A stretch of DNA of 32,000 nucleotides. Source: Vibrio alginolyticus NBRC 15630 = ATCC 17749. GTDB lineage: Bacteria > Pseudomonadota > Gammaproteobacteria > Enterobacterales > Vibrionaceae. Both the position numbers and the translations under genes were made by a program. The notes beneath the pieces are model-generated. The model saw only the letters and a program-made list of their open reading frames with translations, did not search any database and was not told the origin of the DNA. Positions 1 through 7,584 of this stretch are shown one piece after another (the first letter of the stretch is position 1; every line of letters starts with the position of its first letter). The stretch is from positions 1,780,171-1,812,170 of the forward strand of contig NC_022359.1 of assembly GCF_000354175.2 (NCBI RefSeq), given 5' to 3'.

Positions 1-130
1 TTCACAGTAAGTTGTTATATCACATTAACTTTTTAACAAGTCTTTGAACAATTTCGAGATCTTAGCAACACAATTTTTATCCAAGCCATACTATGCTTAG
101 GGTAAAGATAATCCACATAAGGGCGTGGTT

Positions 131-556
131 ATGAAATACAAACATATCCTTGTTGCACTCGAACTGTCAGATGAAAGCACCGTGCTTATCGACAGAGCGG
201 TATCAATGGCAAACTATCTCGACTCCGATATCTCCTTTATTCATATTGATGGTACGCACGGAGAAATCTATCGTGAGCTTGTAGACATTAAAGAAAACCC
301 GGATCAAAGGCCGTTGAATGAGCATTCAATGGAATGTTTAAAAACATTTAGTGATTACATGGATTACCCACTTAAACATTTCTTCGTAGGTACTGGCGAC
401 TTAGCTGATAAATTAGAGGTCACCATTAAAGAGCAAGAAGTGGATCTTCTGATTTGTGGCCACCACCAAGATTTCTGGAGCAAGATTATTTCTTACTCCA
501 GACACTTAATTAACAAGTCACCGGTGGATATTCTAGTCGTCCCTATTCATGATTAG
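131..556 (+). CDS. Universal stress protein (UspA family)
   Basis: The ORF track gives 125..556 with a GTG start. I prefer the ATG at 131, which has AAGGG 8 nt upstream. The N-terminus MKYKHILVALELSDES and the C-terminal DLLICGHH...SPVDILVVP are typical of the Usp alpha/beta fold. A hairpin terminator follows. Confidence 0.85.
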   Translation: MKYKHILVALELSDESTVLIDRAVSMANYLDSDISFIHIDGTHGEIYRELVDIKENPDQRPLNEHSMECLKTFSDYMDYPLKHFFVGTGDLADKLEVTIKEQEVDLLICGHHQDFWSKIISYSRHLINKSPVDILVVPIHD

Positions 557-574
557 TAAAACGTAACACTTCCC

Positions 575-603
575 AAAACCACCAATTTATTTGGTGGTTT
601 TTT
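575..603 (+). terminator. Rho-independent terminator after the usp gene
   Basis: The stem aaaccaccaa (576-585) pairs with ttggtggttt (591-600) around a 5-nt loop. A T-run follows. Confidence 0.7.
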
Positions 604-722
604 ATTGATATTGAAACAGCTTAAACAGTTTTCCAAACTAGCTTGGCGATCATTTATGAGTTACATTTTCTAACCAACCCGCGCTCCTACTGGGCATGGT
701 TATTTAGATAGCAAGGATCCCT

Positions 723-1340
723 ATGGCAAATAAAAAAGTACTCATTCTCTTTGCTCATCCTTCCCAGCATCGTTCAGAAGTGAATACTCCACTTTTCAAA
801 GAAGCTCAAAAAATTGAAGGCGTGACATGTGTTGATCTCTATGGCGAATACCCTCGTTTCGATATTAATATCGACCGTGAGCAGCAACGCTTACGTGAGC
901 ATGACGTGGTGATTTTCCAATTCCCACTATATTGGTATTCAACGCCTGCGATTTTAAAAGAGTGGCAAGATCTGGTTTTGGAATATGGCTTTGCTTACGG
1001 TACAGATGGCACAGCACTGCAAGGCAAGACCATGCTTTGTGTGCTGTCTGCAGGGGGCAAAGAAGAAGCTTATAAGGCAGAGGGCTACAACCACTTTACG
1101 ATTCGTCAACTGCTTGCGCCTATTGAACAAATGTCCGCACTGACCGGCATGAACTACATTGCCCCTCTCGCGATGTTTGGCGCACGTACAGCAGATGAAG
1201 AAGGGCGAATCCCTCGTCATGTTGAGCGGTACAAGAGCCTGCTAACAGCTTTAGTCGAAGATAGGTTGGATGTTGAAGCTGCGGCGTCATTAATCAAGCT
1301 TAACAGCGCATTGCCAGAGCTCATTAAGGAGGCTTCATGA
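723..1340 (+). CDS. KefF/KefG-type ancillary protein of the glutathione-gated K+ efflux system (flavodoxin-like NAD(P)H quinone oxidoreductase fold)
   Basis: Motifs VLILFAHP...S, YPRFDINIDREQ and FQFPLYWYS..P.ILKEW resemble E. coli KefF/KefG. AAGGA lies 5 nt upstream of the ATG. The stop overlaps the next gene's start as ATGA. Confidence 0.85.
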   Translation: MANKKVLILFAHPSQHRSEVNTPLFKEAQKIEGVTCVDLYGEYPRFDINIDREQQRLREHDVVIFQFPLYWYSTPAILKEWQDLVLEYGFAYGTDGTALQGKTMLCVLSAGGKEEAYKAEGYNHFTIRQLLAPIEQMSALTGMNYIAPLAMFGARTADEEGRIPRHVERYKSLLTALVEDRLDVEAAASLIKLNSALPELIKEAS

Positions 1341-3301
1341 CAGGGATATTCTTACAAGCCTTCGTATATTTGATTGCTGCTGTAATTGCAGTCCCACTTG
1401 CTAAGCGTTTGGGACTTGGGTCCGTTTTAGGCTATCTCATCGCAGGTGTGGTCATTGGCCCAATTATCGGTTTAGTCGGTGAAGAAACAACAACAATACA
1501 GCACTTTGCCGAGTTTGGCGTGGTGATGATGCTGTTTCTCGTCGGTTTAGAGCTCGAACCCAAAATGTTGTGGGCGATGCGCAATCGCTTAATGGGTTTA
1601 GGAGGTCTGCAAGTCGGTGGTACCGTCGCGGCGATTATGGGTATTGCCTTGTACTTTGACCAGCCTTGGACCATAGCCTTAGCCATAGGTTTGATCTTCG
1701 CCCTCTCTTCTACTGCGATTGTTTTGCAAACTTTTAGCGAAAAAGGATTAACGAAGACGGAAGGTGGACAAAACGCTTTCTCCGTGTTGCTTTTTCAAGA
1801 TATTGCAGTGATACCAATGTTGGCGTTCATTCCTCTATTGGCCTTACCTGAATTAATTGAACAGGCACAGTCCGCGGCTCAAACAGCCGCAGCGCACCAT
1901 GAAGAATTAAGCCTCGTTGCGGGGTTGCCCGGCTGGGCATACGGCATCGTAATCACAGCATCGATTGCAATCGTCGTCGTTGGTGGACACTTTTTAAGTC
2001 GACCTCTGCTCAATTATGTGGCTAGCTCTGGTTTGCGAGAAATCTTTACCGCAACTGCACTAATGCTGGTCATTGGTATCGCTGCGCTGATGAGCTTAGT
2101 GGGCTTATCTCCTGCCTTAGGAACCTTCTTGGCTGGCGTTGTATTGGCGAACAGTGAATTCCGCCACGAGTTAGAATCCAACATCGAACCATTTAAAGGC
2201 TTATTGTTAGGTCTGTTCTTTATTACCGTTGGCGCAGGGATCAACTTCTCGGTCCTTTTTGGTGATTTCTGGTTGGTCATGGCATTGACCATTGGCGTGA
2301 TGGTTTTGAAAGCCTTGGTGCTGTTTATTCTTGCACTGATATTTAGGGTGAAAGGCAGCAACCGCTGGCTGTTTACCCTAAGCTTGGCTCAAGCAGGTGA
2401 ATTCGGCTTTGTGCTTCTAAGCTTTTCAGTGCAAAACCACGTCATCCCATTTGAACTTTCACAAACTCTTGCGTTAGTGGTTGCGATTTCGATGTTCCTG
2501 ACACCAGGTTTGTTTATTCTGTTTGATAGAGTGATTCTGCCGCGCTTTGAAAGCCAGTCAAATGAACGCGAAAGCGATACGATTGAGGAAACAGGCACGG
2601 TGATCATCGCCGGCATCGGCCGCTTTGGACAAATAGTGAATCGCCTATTGGTATCAAACGGCGTGACTACCGTGGTACTTGACCATCAATCTGACCAAGT
2701 CGATAACATGCGCCAGATTGGCACTCGCGCCTATTTTGGCGACGCGACTCGACCAGATATGCTACATACAGCCGGCATTGAGCACGCCGCTGCGTTGGTT
2801 GTGGCGATTGATAACCAAGAATCGAGTGTAGAACTGGTGAAGTACGTTAAGCACACGTACCCAAAAGTAACAGTGATTGCACGTGCCTTTGACCGTGGAC
2901 ATGGCTATCTTTTGCGTCAAGCGGGAGCTGATATTATTGAATCAGAGACCTACCATTCTGCATTGGAGATGGGCGGTCACACAATGAAAGCACTTGGCAT
3001 TCACCCCTTCTTTGTTGAACAACAGAAGGCGACATATAAGCGTGTTGAAGCACGTAAGTCAGAAATACTCTACAAAGCTTGGGAAGATGATTCTGAAGGT
3101 GAACGCTATGACAACAATTTCCGACAACTGTTTATTCAGTTAGAGGAGAAAATGGCGGAAGAGATGCAAAAAGATCGTCATGACAAACTATCGCGGTCAG
3201 AACGAGGTTGGACACCGCCACCTAAAGGTTACGCCGATGACTTTAATGAAGATAATGTCCAAGAGCTAACACCACCAAGAGAAGAGCCTATCCAACGATA
3301 A
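1337..3301 (+). CDS. Glutathione-regulated K+/H+ antiporter, KefB/KefC family (CPA2 membrane domain plus KTN/RCK domain)
   Basis: The N-terminal part is multi-TM with LGLGSVLGYLIAG, HFAEFGVVMMLFLVGLELEP and FSVLLFQDIAVIP, as in KefB/KefC. The Rossmann motif IIAGIGRFGQ marks the KTN domain. A strong AAGGAGG RBS is present. I cannot assign B versus C. Confidence 0.9.
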   Translation: MTGIFLQAFVYLIAAVIAVPLAKRLGLGSVLGYLIAGVVIGPIIGLVGEETTTIQHFAEFGVVMMLFLVGLELEPKMLWAMRNRLMGLGGLQVGGTVAAIMGIALYFDQPWTIALAIGLIFALSSTAIVLQTFSEKGLTKTEGGQNAFSVLLFQDIAVIPMLAFIPLLALPELIEQAQSAAQTAAAHHEELSLVAGLPGWAYGIVITASIAIVVVGGHFLSRPLLNYVASSGLREIFTATALMLVIGIAALMSLVGLSPALGTFLAGVVLANSEFRHELESNIEPFKGLLLGLFFITVGAGINFSVLFGDFWLVMALTIGVMVLKALVLFILALIFRVKGSNRWLFTLSLAQAGEFGFVLLSFSVQNHVIPFELSQTLALVVAISMFLTPGLFILFDRVILPRFESQSNERESDTIEETGTVIIAGIGRFGQIVNRLLVSNGVTTVVLDHQSDQVDNMRQIGTRAYFGDATRPDMLHTAGIEHAAALVVAIDNQESSVELVKYVKHTYPKVTVIARAFDRGHGYLLRQAGADIIESETYHSALEMGGHTMKALGIHPFFVEQQKATYKRVEARKSEILYKAWEDDSEGERYDNNFRQLFIQLEEKMAEEMQKDRHDKLSRSERGWTPPPKGYADDFNEDNVQELTPPREEPIQR

Positions 3302-3314
3302 CGCACTCCATATT

Positions 3315-3347
3315 AAAAACCTCCCACTTGGGAGGTTTTTATTTTTT
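3315..3347. terminator. Bidirectional rho-independent terminator (kef operon on +, small-ORF operon on -)
   Basis: The stem aaaacctccc (3316-3325) pairs with gggaggtttt (3330-3339) around a 4-nt loop. T-runs flank it on both strands. Confidence 0.75.
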
Positions 3348-3393
3348 CAGTACAGAGCCACACGCCGTGCAGGATAAAATGATCTTCTCGATA

Positions 3394-3687
3394 TTACATA
3401 AGATCATTCATTAAAATCTCATACTCTTCGTTTGCTTCTTCCACTAAATGAGAAAGCTCTAACGCATCAGTAACTGCAAGATTGAACTGCCACGGAGTTG
3501 TGTCTTCTTTACCACAGATTCGAGTTTCACACCCACGACTCTCAAAAGACAAATCATCAAACTCTGTGGTGTGGCGCTCTTGAAGTTCAACAATCTCAAC
3601 TTCTAATTTACCGACAGGATTGACTTTAACGTGGGCATGTAACTCCGAACTGTTAGACAAACAATAATCTCTATGAACCGCAATCAT
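3394..3687 (-). CDS. Hypothetical small acidic protein (97 aa), second gene of a two-ORF unit
   Basis: The ATG at 3687 is preceded by a perfect AAGGAGG 5 nt upstream (plus-strand cctcctt, 3693-3699). Codon usage resembles the neighbours. I recognise no family. Confidence 0.55.
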   Translation of the reverse strand: MIAVHRDYCLSNSSELHAHVKVNPVGKLEVEIVELQERHTTEFDDLSFESRGCETRICGKEDTTPWQFNLAVTDALELSHLVEEANEEYEILMNDLM

Positions 3688-3871
3688 GGCCGCCTCCTTG
3701 GTCTGCCAACTGACAACTCAACATTGAGTGTAGACGAGGGATTTTGAACGTGGCGTGAAATAATAATGAAGATTGATCTGTCTCATTAGAACAGACAATT
3801 GTTGTCATGAAGGCAGAGCCAGTATGAATCTCATCTGATTTAAATTGTTCTGAGATCGTAATAGTTGGCAT
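3671..3871 (-). CDS. Hypothetical small protein (66 aa), first gene of a two-ORF unit
   Basis: This ORF starts 60 bp from the divergent arsR-like start. It overlaps the downstream ORF by 17 nt in a different frame. The RBS is weak and I recognise no family. Confidence 0.4.
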   Translation of the reverse strand: MPTITISEQFKSDEIHTGSAFMTTIVCSNETDQSSLLFHATFKIPRLHSMLSCQLADQGGGHDCGS

Positions 3872-3931
3872 TTACCGAGACTTTCCCTATTATCGAAACA
3901 AAATTACTGTGGTCATTCTTTAGAGGTCAGT

Positions 3932-4225
3932 ATGGAGCTTGAAGCCGTTGCTAAAGCACTAAAAGAGTTAGGGCATCCGACTCGTTTAAGTATTTACAAA
4001 GAAGTCGTCAAAGCGGGATACAAAGGTATCGCGGTAGGCGGCGTACAAGAAAAGCTTGGCATTCCAGCATCCACTCTCTCTCATCATATCTCGAGCCTTG
4101 CTTCAGCTGGTCTTCTCACCCAGCGCCGCGAGGGTAGAACCCTTTTTTGTGTTGCAGAGTATCAGTGCTTAGATGACGTAATTGGTTTTTTAAAAGCAGA
4201 ATGTTGCGTTAACGAGTGCTCATAA
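3932..4225 (+). CDS. ArsR/SmtB-family metalloregulator with a C-terminal cysteine cluster
   Basis: Motifs LGHPTRLSIY and the wHTH STLSHHISSLASAGLLTQRREGR are typical of the family. The C-terminus carries KAECCVNEC. The alpha3 ELCVCDL-type site is absent. The RBS is AGAGG. Confidence 0.85.
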   Translation: MELEAVAKALKELGHPTRLSIYKEVVKAGYKGIAVGGVQEKLGIPASTLSHHISSLASAGLLTQRREGRTLFCVAEYQCLDDVIGFLKAECCVNECS

Positions 4226-4296
4226 ATTTCTAGCAAAAACGAGAGAGTTTGAGTTTCTATTGAACTTCAGCAGAACGTGAATGACGATGAAAAACA

Positions 4297-4327
4297 TACA
4301 CACCGAAGTTGCTAAGCTCGGTGTGTA
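4297..4327 (-). terminator. Hairpin terminator downstream of the amylase gene
   Basis: The stem tacacaccga (4297-4306) pairs with tcggtgtgta (4318-4327). On the minus strand it is followed by tgtttttcat. Confidence 0.55.
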
Positions 4328-4333
4328 CATCTT

Positions 4334-5683
4334 CTAGTTCGCGACAAGTAACATCGACGACTTAGATGGTACGATTAACTTACCGTCAGTTGGAATGATT
4401 TGTTCTGTCATCAAATCAACCCAATTGCCATCCGTTTTTAATGTCAAAGACTGTTGACGCTGTGATTTATTAAGCACCACAATACCTTTGTCACCTCGCT
4501 TAAGTACGAGCATGCCATCGTTACCTTCAAGAACACTCATCGGCTCGCCATGCGTCATATTATGGAACTGGATCATTTTTGCCATTCTCGGATCGCTCCA
4601 TGCACCTTGCCACCTTGGCTGACCATTTTTACCTTTAATACCGCTGGTGTTTAAGTCGGTATAAATCAACGGCACACCGCCATCTCGGCCTAGAATATAG
4701 GCATAAGCTAACCATTCGTTTTCCTCGTCCATGATGAGATCAAGAAAGACATCATTGTTAGGAATATCATGTGTGATAGCAAATGTAATCGCACGACCGG
4801 GGGACAAAGCCTGACCAAAACAATAGGGATCAATCAGAGACTTGAAGCTGCCCTTTTTAGCAAACGCCTTAAACATGGTTGAGAACAAAGGGAAATCGTA
4901 CGCACCTAGGCGAGTTTCCTGTAGATACGGCTCAAGAAACAGCTGATACTCTTCTTCCGTCGCACCGCCATCGGTAATAATTTCACCAAATATATGCACA
5001 TCCCGCGTGATGTCGTCTGTCCAAACACGCTTAAGATGCTCTAACGTCATGTGTTTCGCAGCGTCAATACGAAAACCTTTCACACCAATAGCTTTCAGCG
5101 CCTTTAGGTACGCTCGCTGCTGCTCAACGACATGGTCACAAACACGAAGAGTTGGCAAGCCAGGATCGGTTGGCCCACCTGTGATACGTCCGTTTTGAAC
5201 CTGCCACTTATCTTTCCAGTCTTTGATGCCGAATGCTTCAACAAAGTCCTCTTCATCAAAAAGTGGTTGAGATAGATCGCCAAACAACGCTAGCGACTGA
5301 TATTTCTGTTTGTTGTTCTGGTATTCCTCCAAGACCTCTTGTCTTGGGTACTGAAGGTCTCTGCGAAGGTGGGCCTCATTTGCCATATGGTTAAACACTA
5401 CGTCGGCATAAACCCACACACCAACTTGCTCCAGTTCACGAACCATATGAATAAAATCTTTGGTATCACCCAAAGCATTATCGATAACACGATAATCTTG
5501 TGGTTGATAACGCTGCCACCAGCGCTCATCGTGTGCGCTTTTCATTGGTGGCGAAACCAACACAGAGCCATAACCAAGCTCGCGGATTTCTTTTGCTCGT
5601 TGGGCAATGTCAGCATACTTCCAATCAAACGCATGTAAGATAACGTTTGCACCGAATGATTGTGTTTCCTGTGAGCCACTCAT
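4334..5683 (-). CDS. Alpha-amylase, glycoside hydrolase family 13, apparently cytoplasmic (no signal peptide)
   Basis: All four GH13 regions are present: DVVFNH, GFRIDAAKH, FGEIITDG and FAITHD. The ORF track extends to 5746. I prefer the ATG at 5683 (MSGSQETQ...) because AGGAGA lies 5 nt upstream. Confidence 0.9.
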   Translation of the reverse strand: MSGSQETQSFGANVILHAFDWKYADIAQRAKEIRELGYGSVLVSPPMKSAHDERWWQRYQPQDYRVIDNALGDTKDFIHMVRELEQVGVWVYADVVFNHMANEAHLRRDLQYPRQEVLEEYQNNKQKYQSLALFGDLSQPLFDEEDFVEAFGIKDWKDKWQVQNGRITGGPTDPGLPTLRVCDHVVEQQRAYLKALKAIGVKGFRIDAAKHMTLEHLKRVWTDDITRDVHIFGEIITDGGATEEEYQLFLEPYLQETRLGAYDFPLFSTMFKAFAKKGSFKSLIDPYCFGQALSPGRAITFAITHDIPNNDVFLDLIMDEENEWLAYAYILGRDGGVPLIYTDLNTSGIKGKNGQPRWQGAWSDPRMAKMIQFHNMTHGEPMSVLEGNDGMLVLKRGDKGIVVLNKSQRQQSLTLKTDGNWVDLMTEQIIPTDGKLIVPSKSSMLLVAN

Positions 5684-6203
5684 GTTGTTCTCCTGCTCGT
5701 TTCCACTCACGATTACTTGTTTGCATTTTTTTGTGAGTGAATTCAATAATCGAAATTATAAAAGCTATTCATCAGAGGCACTCACCCTTTTAGCACTAAC
5801 TCAAGGCTGAAATCGAAGGCGTAGCGACTCATCCATTGCACAGCGATAAATCGTTCTGAGTGAATAACGGGCACACGACATACAACCCGAACAGACCAAC
5901 ATAAAACTAAGGCATTGTTTTGATTAACAAAAACTTAAATTTAAAAAGATAGAACATAAGACCTATGTACGCCCTAAAATAGGCCCAAAGGATAAAAATA
6001 GCCAAGCCAACCCGTTGAGTAATCAATTGTTAATAAAACGAAACTGGCAGATGGATCACGTTTGGCGCGTTTCAAAAATCCAGTAAATCACCATACCTAG
6101 CGTTAAAAGACTAAAGATTTCTGTTTGTATCTGTCCCGAAATGACTTCAAAATGCGAAACTTAGCTTATCTCTATGGGGTATGCTCTACCTTGGAGGATA
6201 ATA

Positions 6204-6560
6204 ATGAATATCAAAGAATTTTCTGACCTCGTCGGGCTATCTGCTCATACACTTCGATACTATGAAAAAATCGGTTTACTTAAACATGTCCATAGAAACG
6301 CGAGTGGACATCGAATGTATAGTTCGAAAGATCTAAACTGGATAAGCTTTGTTAAGCGTTTAAAAGAAACTGCAATGCCACTTGAAGAGATTCTAGAGTA
6401 TGCCAAATTAAGGGAAGTCGGCTCTCAATCTGTACCACAACGTCAAGCCCTGTTAGAACAACACCAAGAAAACCTCAAACGCCACATTGAGCAACAGAAA
6501 AAGCACTTATCGGCTCTAGAAGAAAAAATTGCCTTGTATACAAGTGGAAAAGTTCGTTGA
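6204..6560 (+). CDS. MerR-family transcriptional regulator (contains no cysteine)
   Basis: The N-terminal HTH MNIKEFSDLVGLSAHTLRYYEKIGLL is followed by a long coiled-coil helix. The ORF track starts at 6174. The ATG at 6204 has GGAGG upstream. Confidence 0.85.
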   Translation: MNIKEFSDLVGLSAHTLRYYEKIGLLKHVHRNASGHRMYSSKDLNWISFVKRLKETAMPLEEILEYAKLREVGSQSVPQRQALLEQHQENLKRHIEQQKKHLSALEEKIALYTSGKVR

Positions 6561-6586
6561 CTTAGAGTTAACTCTAACGATTAAGG
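6556..6586 (+). promoter_or_regulatory. MerR-type promoter: -35 TTGACT, 19-nt spacer containing a perfect 16-bp palindrome, -10 TAAGGT
   Basis: TTGACT is at 6556-6561 and TAAGGT at 6581-6586. TTAGAGTTAACTCTAA at 6562-6577 is its own reverse complement. The element lies immediately upstream of the CMD-family gene. Confidence 0.7.
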
Positions 6587-6618
6587 TGTGTTTACATTTA
6601 TTCACTAGGAACATACCG

Positions 6619-6996
6619 ATGGAACAATCGCGCTTTAACAAAGGATTAGAACTACTCTCTCAAATTGATGGCGACGCTGGTCATAATGTCATCGAAAGCT
6701 TACAAGATATTTGTCCAGATTTAGCTCAGTACACCATTGAGTATCCGTTTGGCGATATTTATGCTCGCCCGGGCTTAGACCTAAAATCGAGAGAAATCGC
6801 AACCGTCGCCGCGCTAACGGCAATGGGGAATTGCGCGCCGCAACTAAAAGTGCACTTAAATGCAGCGCTGAATGTAGGCTGTAGCGAGGATGAGATTAAA
6901 GAGATCATTTTGCAGATGTCCGTCTACGCAGGGTTTCCCACGGCATTAAACGGCATGTTTGCATTCAAAGAAGTGCTAGCGGAAAGAGCAGAGTAA
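6619..6996 (+). CDS. Carboxymuconolactone decarboxylase (CMD/AhpD-like) family protein
   Basis: The region PFGDIYARPGLDLKSREIATVAALTAMG...EDEIKEIILQMSVYAGFP is typical of the CMD domain. The ORF track starts at 6529, overlapping merR. I prefer the ATG at 6619 (MEQSRF...), which gives about 125 aa. Confidence 0.85.
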   Translation: MEQSRFNKGLELLSQIDGDAGHNVIESLQDICPDLAQYTIEYPFGDIYARPGLDLKSREIATVAALTAMGNCAPQLKVHLNAALNVGCSEDEIKEIILQMSVYAGFPTALNGMFAFKEVLAERAE

Positions 6997-7031
6997 TAAC
7001 AACGTTGAAATCAATTTAACCGCAATTAAAA

Positions 7032-7054
7032 ACGGCCCTTGGGGATCGGGCCGT
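7032..7054. terminator. GC-rich hairpin between convergent genes
   Basis: The stem acggccc (7032-7038) pairs with gggccgt (7048-7054). The flanking U-tracts are weak. Confidence 0.45.
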
Positions 7055-7073
7055 GATTAAAACAACGAGTGAA

Positions 7074-7304
7074 TTAGCGCTCAGGAGTTTCAAGCAGTTT
7101 AACTGCGCAATCTACCGCGTTGTTAATGCCTTGACTGCTCTCCAACTTACCTGAACTTGCAGGACCAAGGGCACAAGAATACAAAGCCAGCTGCTTATCG
7201 AACGGCAGATCCAACTGTTCATAGAGATTTTGTCGGATTCTTGCATGTTGTTCTGGTTCTTGGTTAGCAAGGCTAATCAACGTTTCATAAATAAGCGTTT
7301 TCAT
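7074..7304 (-). CDS. Hypothetical protein (76 aa)
   Basis: The ATG is preceded by AAGGGAAAG. I recognise no family. Confidence 0.5.
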   Translation of the reverse strand: MKTLIYETLISLANQEPEQHARIRQNLYEQLDLPFDKQLALYSCALGPASSGKLESSQGINNAVDCAVKLLETPER

Positions 7305-7534
7305 GTCTTTCCCTTTTCACTTTATTGCACGGGGTGCATATATATTGTATCCATTTGGGAAGCACAAATCAGAAGCTAGGTCACAGAACGCGTCGCTAAA
7401 AAAGTTTATGTACGCGGTAAATTGCAATACAAACCTAAAGCCGTTTAGAAAAAGGGCAACTGATAACTCGATAAACCAGCCGATTAACTAGCATTCGCCG
7501 CTGTTTGTTCATAATCGTGTCCGATATAAACAAA

Positions 7535-7557
7535 AACGCCGCTGTATCAGCGACGTT
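7535..7557 (-). terminator. Rho-independent terminator after the collagenase gene
   Basis: A 10-bp stem with one G-U pair (aacgccgctg / cagcgacgtt) closes a 3-nt loop. T-rich sequence flanks it on both strands. Confidence 0.6.
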
Positions 7558-7584
7558 TTATCTCGACTTTAGTTAATCGAATTT

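Noticed and set aside
954-2616. Antisense ORFs inside the kef genes (954..1220, 1432..1686, 2014..2361, 2389..2616).
   Set aside because: They lie entirely within well-supported genes on the opposite strand. Their compositions are low-complexity and odd, which is typical of shadow ORFs.
3394-3871. Reading the two small minus-strand ORFs as one gene broken by a frameshift (pseudogene), or as a toxin-antitoxin pair.
   Set aside because: The second ORF has a perfect AAGGAGG at ideal spacing, which argues for two coupled genes. No toxin or antitoxin motif is recognisable, so the TA label is unsupported.
6529-6618. The 5' extension of the CMD-family ORF, which overlaps the merR 3' end.
   Set aside because: The extension covers the MerR-type promoter and palindrome. 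CMD-family homology begins at MEQSRF (the ATG at 6619), which has its own AGGA.
7303-7491. A 62-aa plus-strand ORF between the 76-aa gene and the collagenase gene.
   Set aside because: It has no RBS. It spans the likely promoter region of the divergent 76-aa gene, and its composition looks noncoding.
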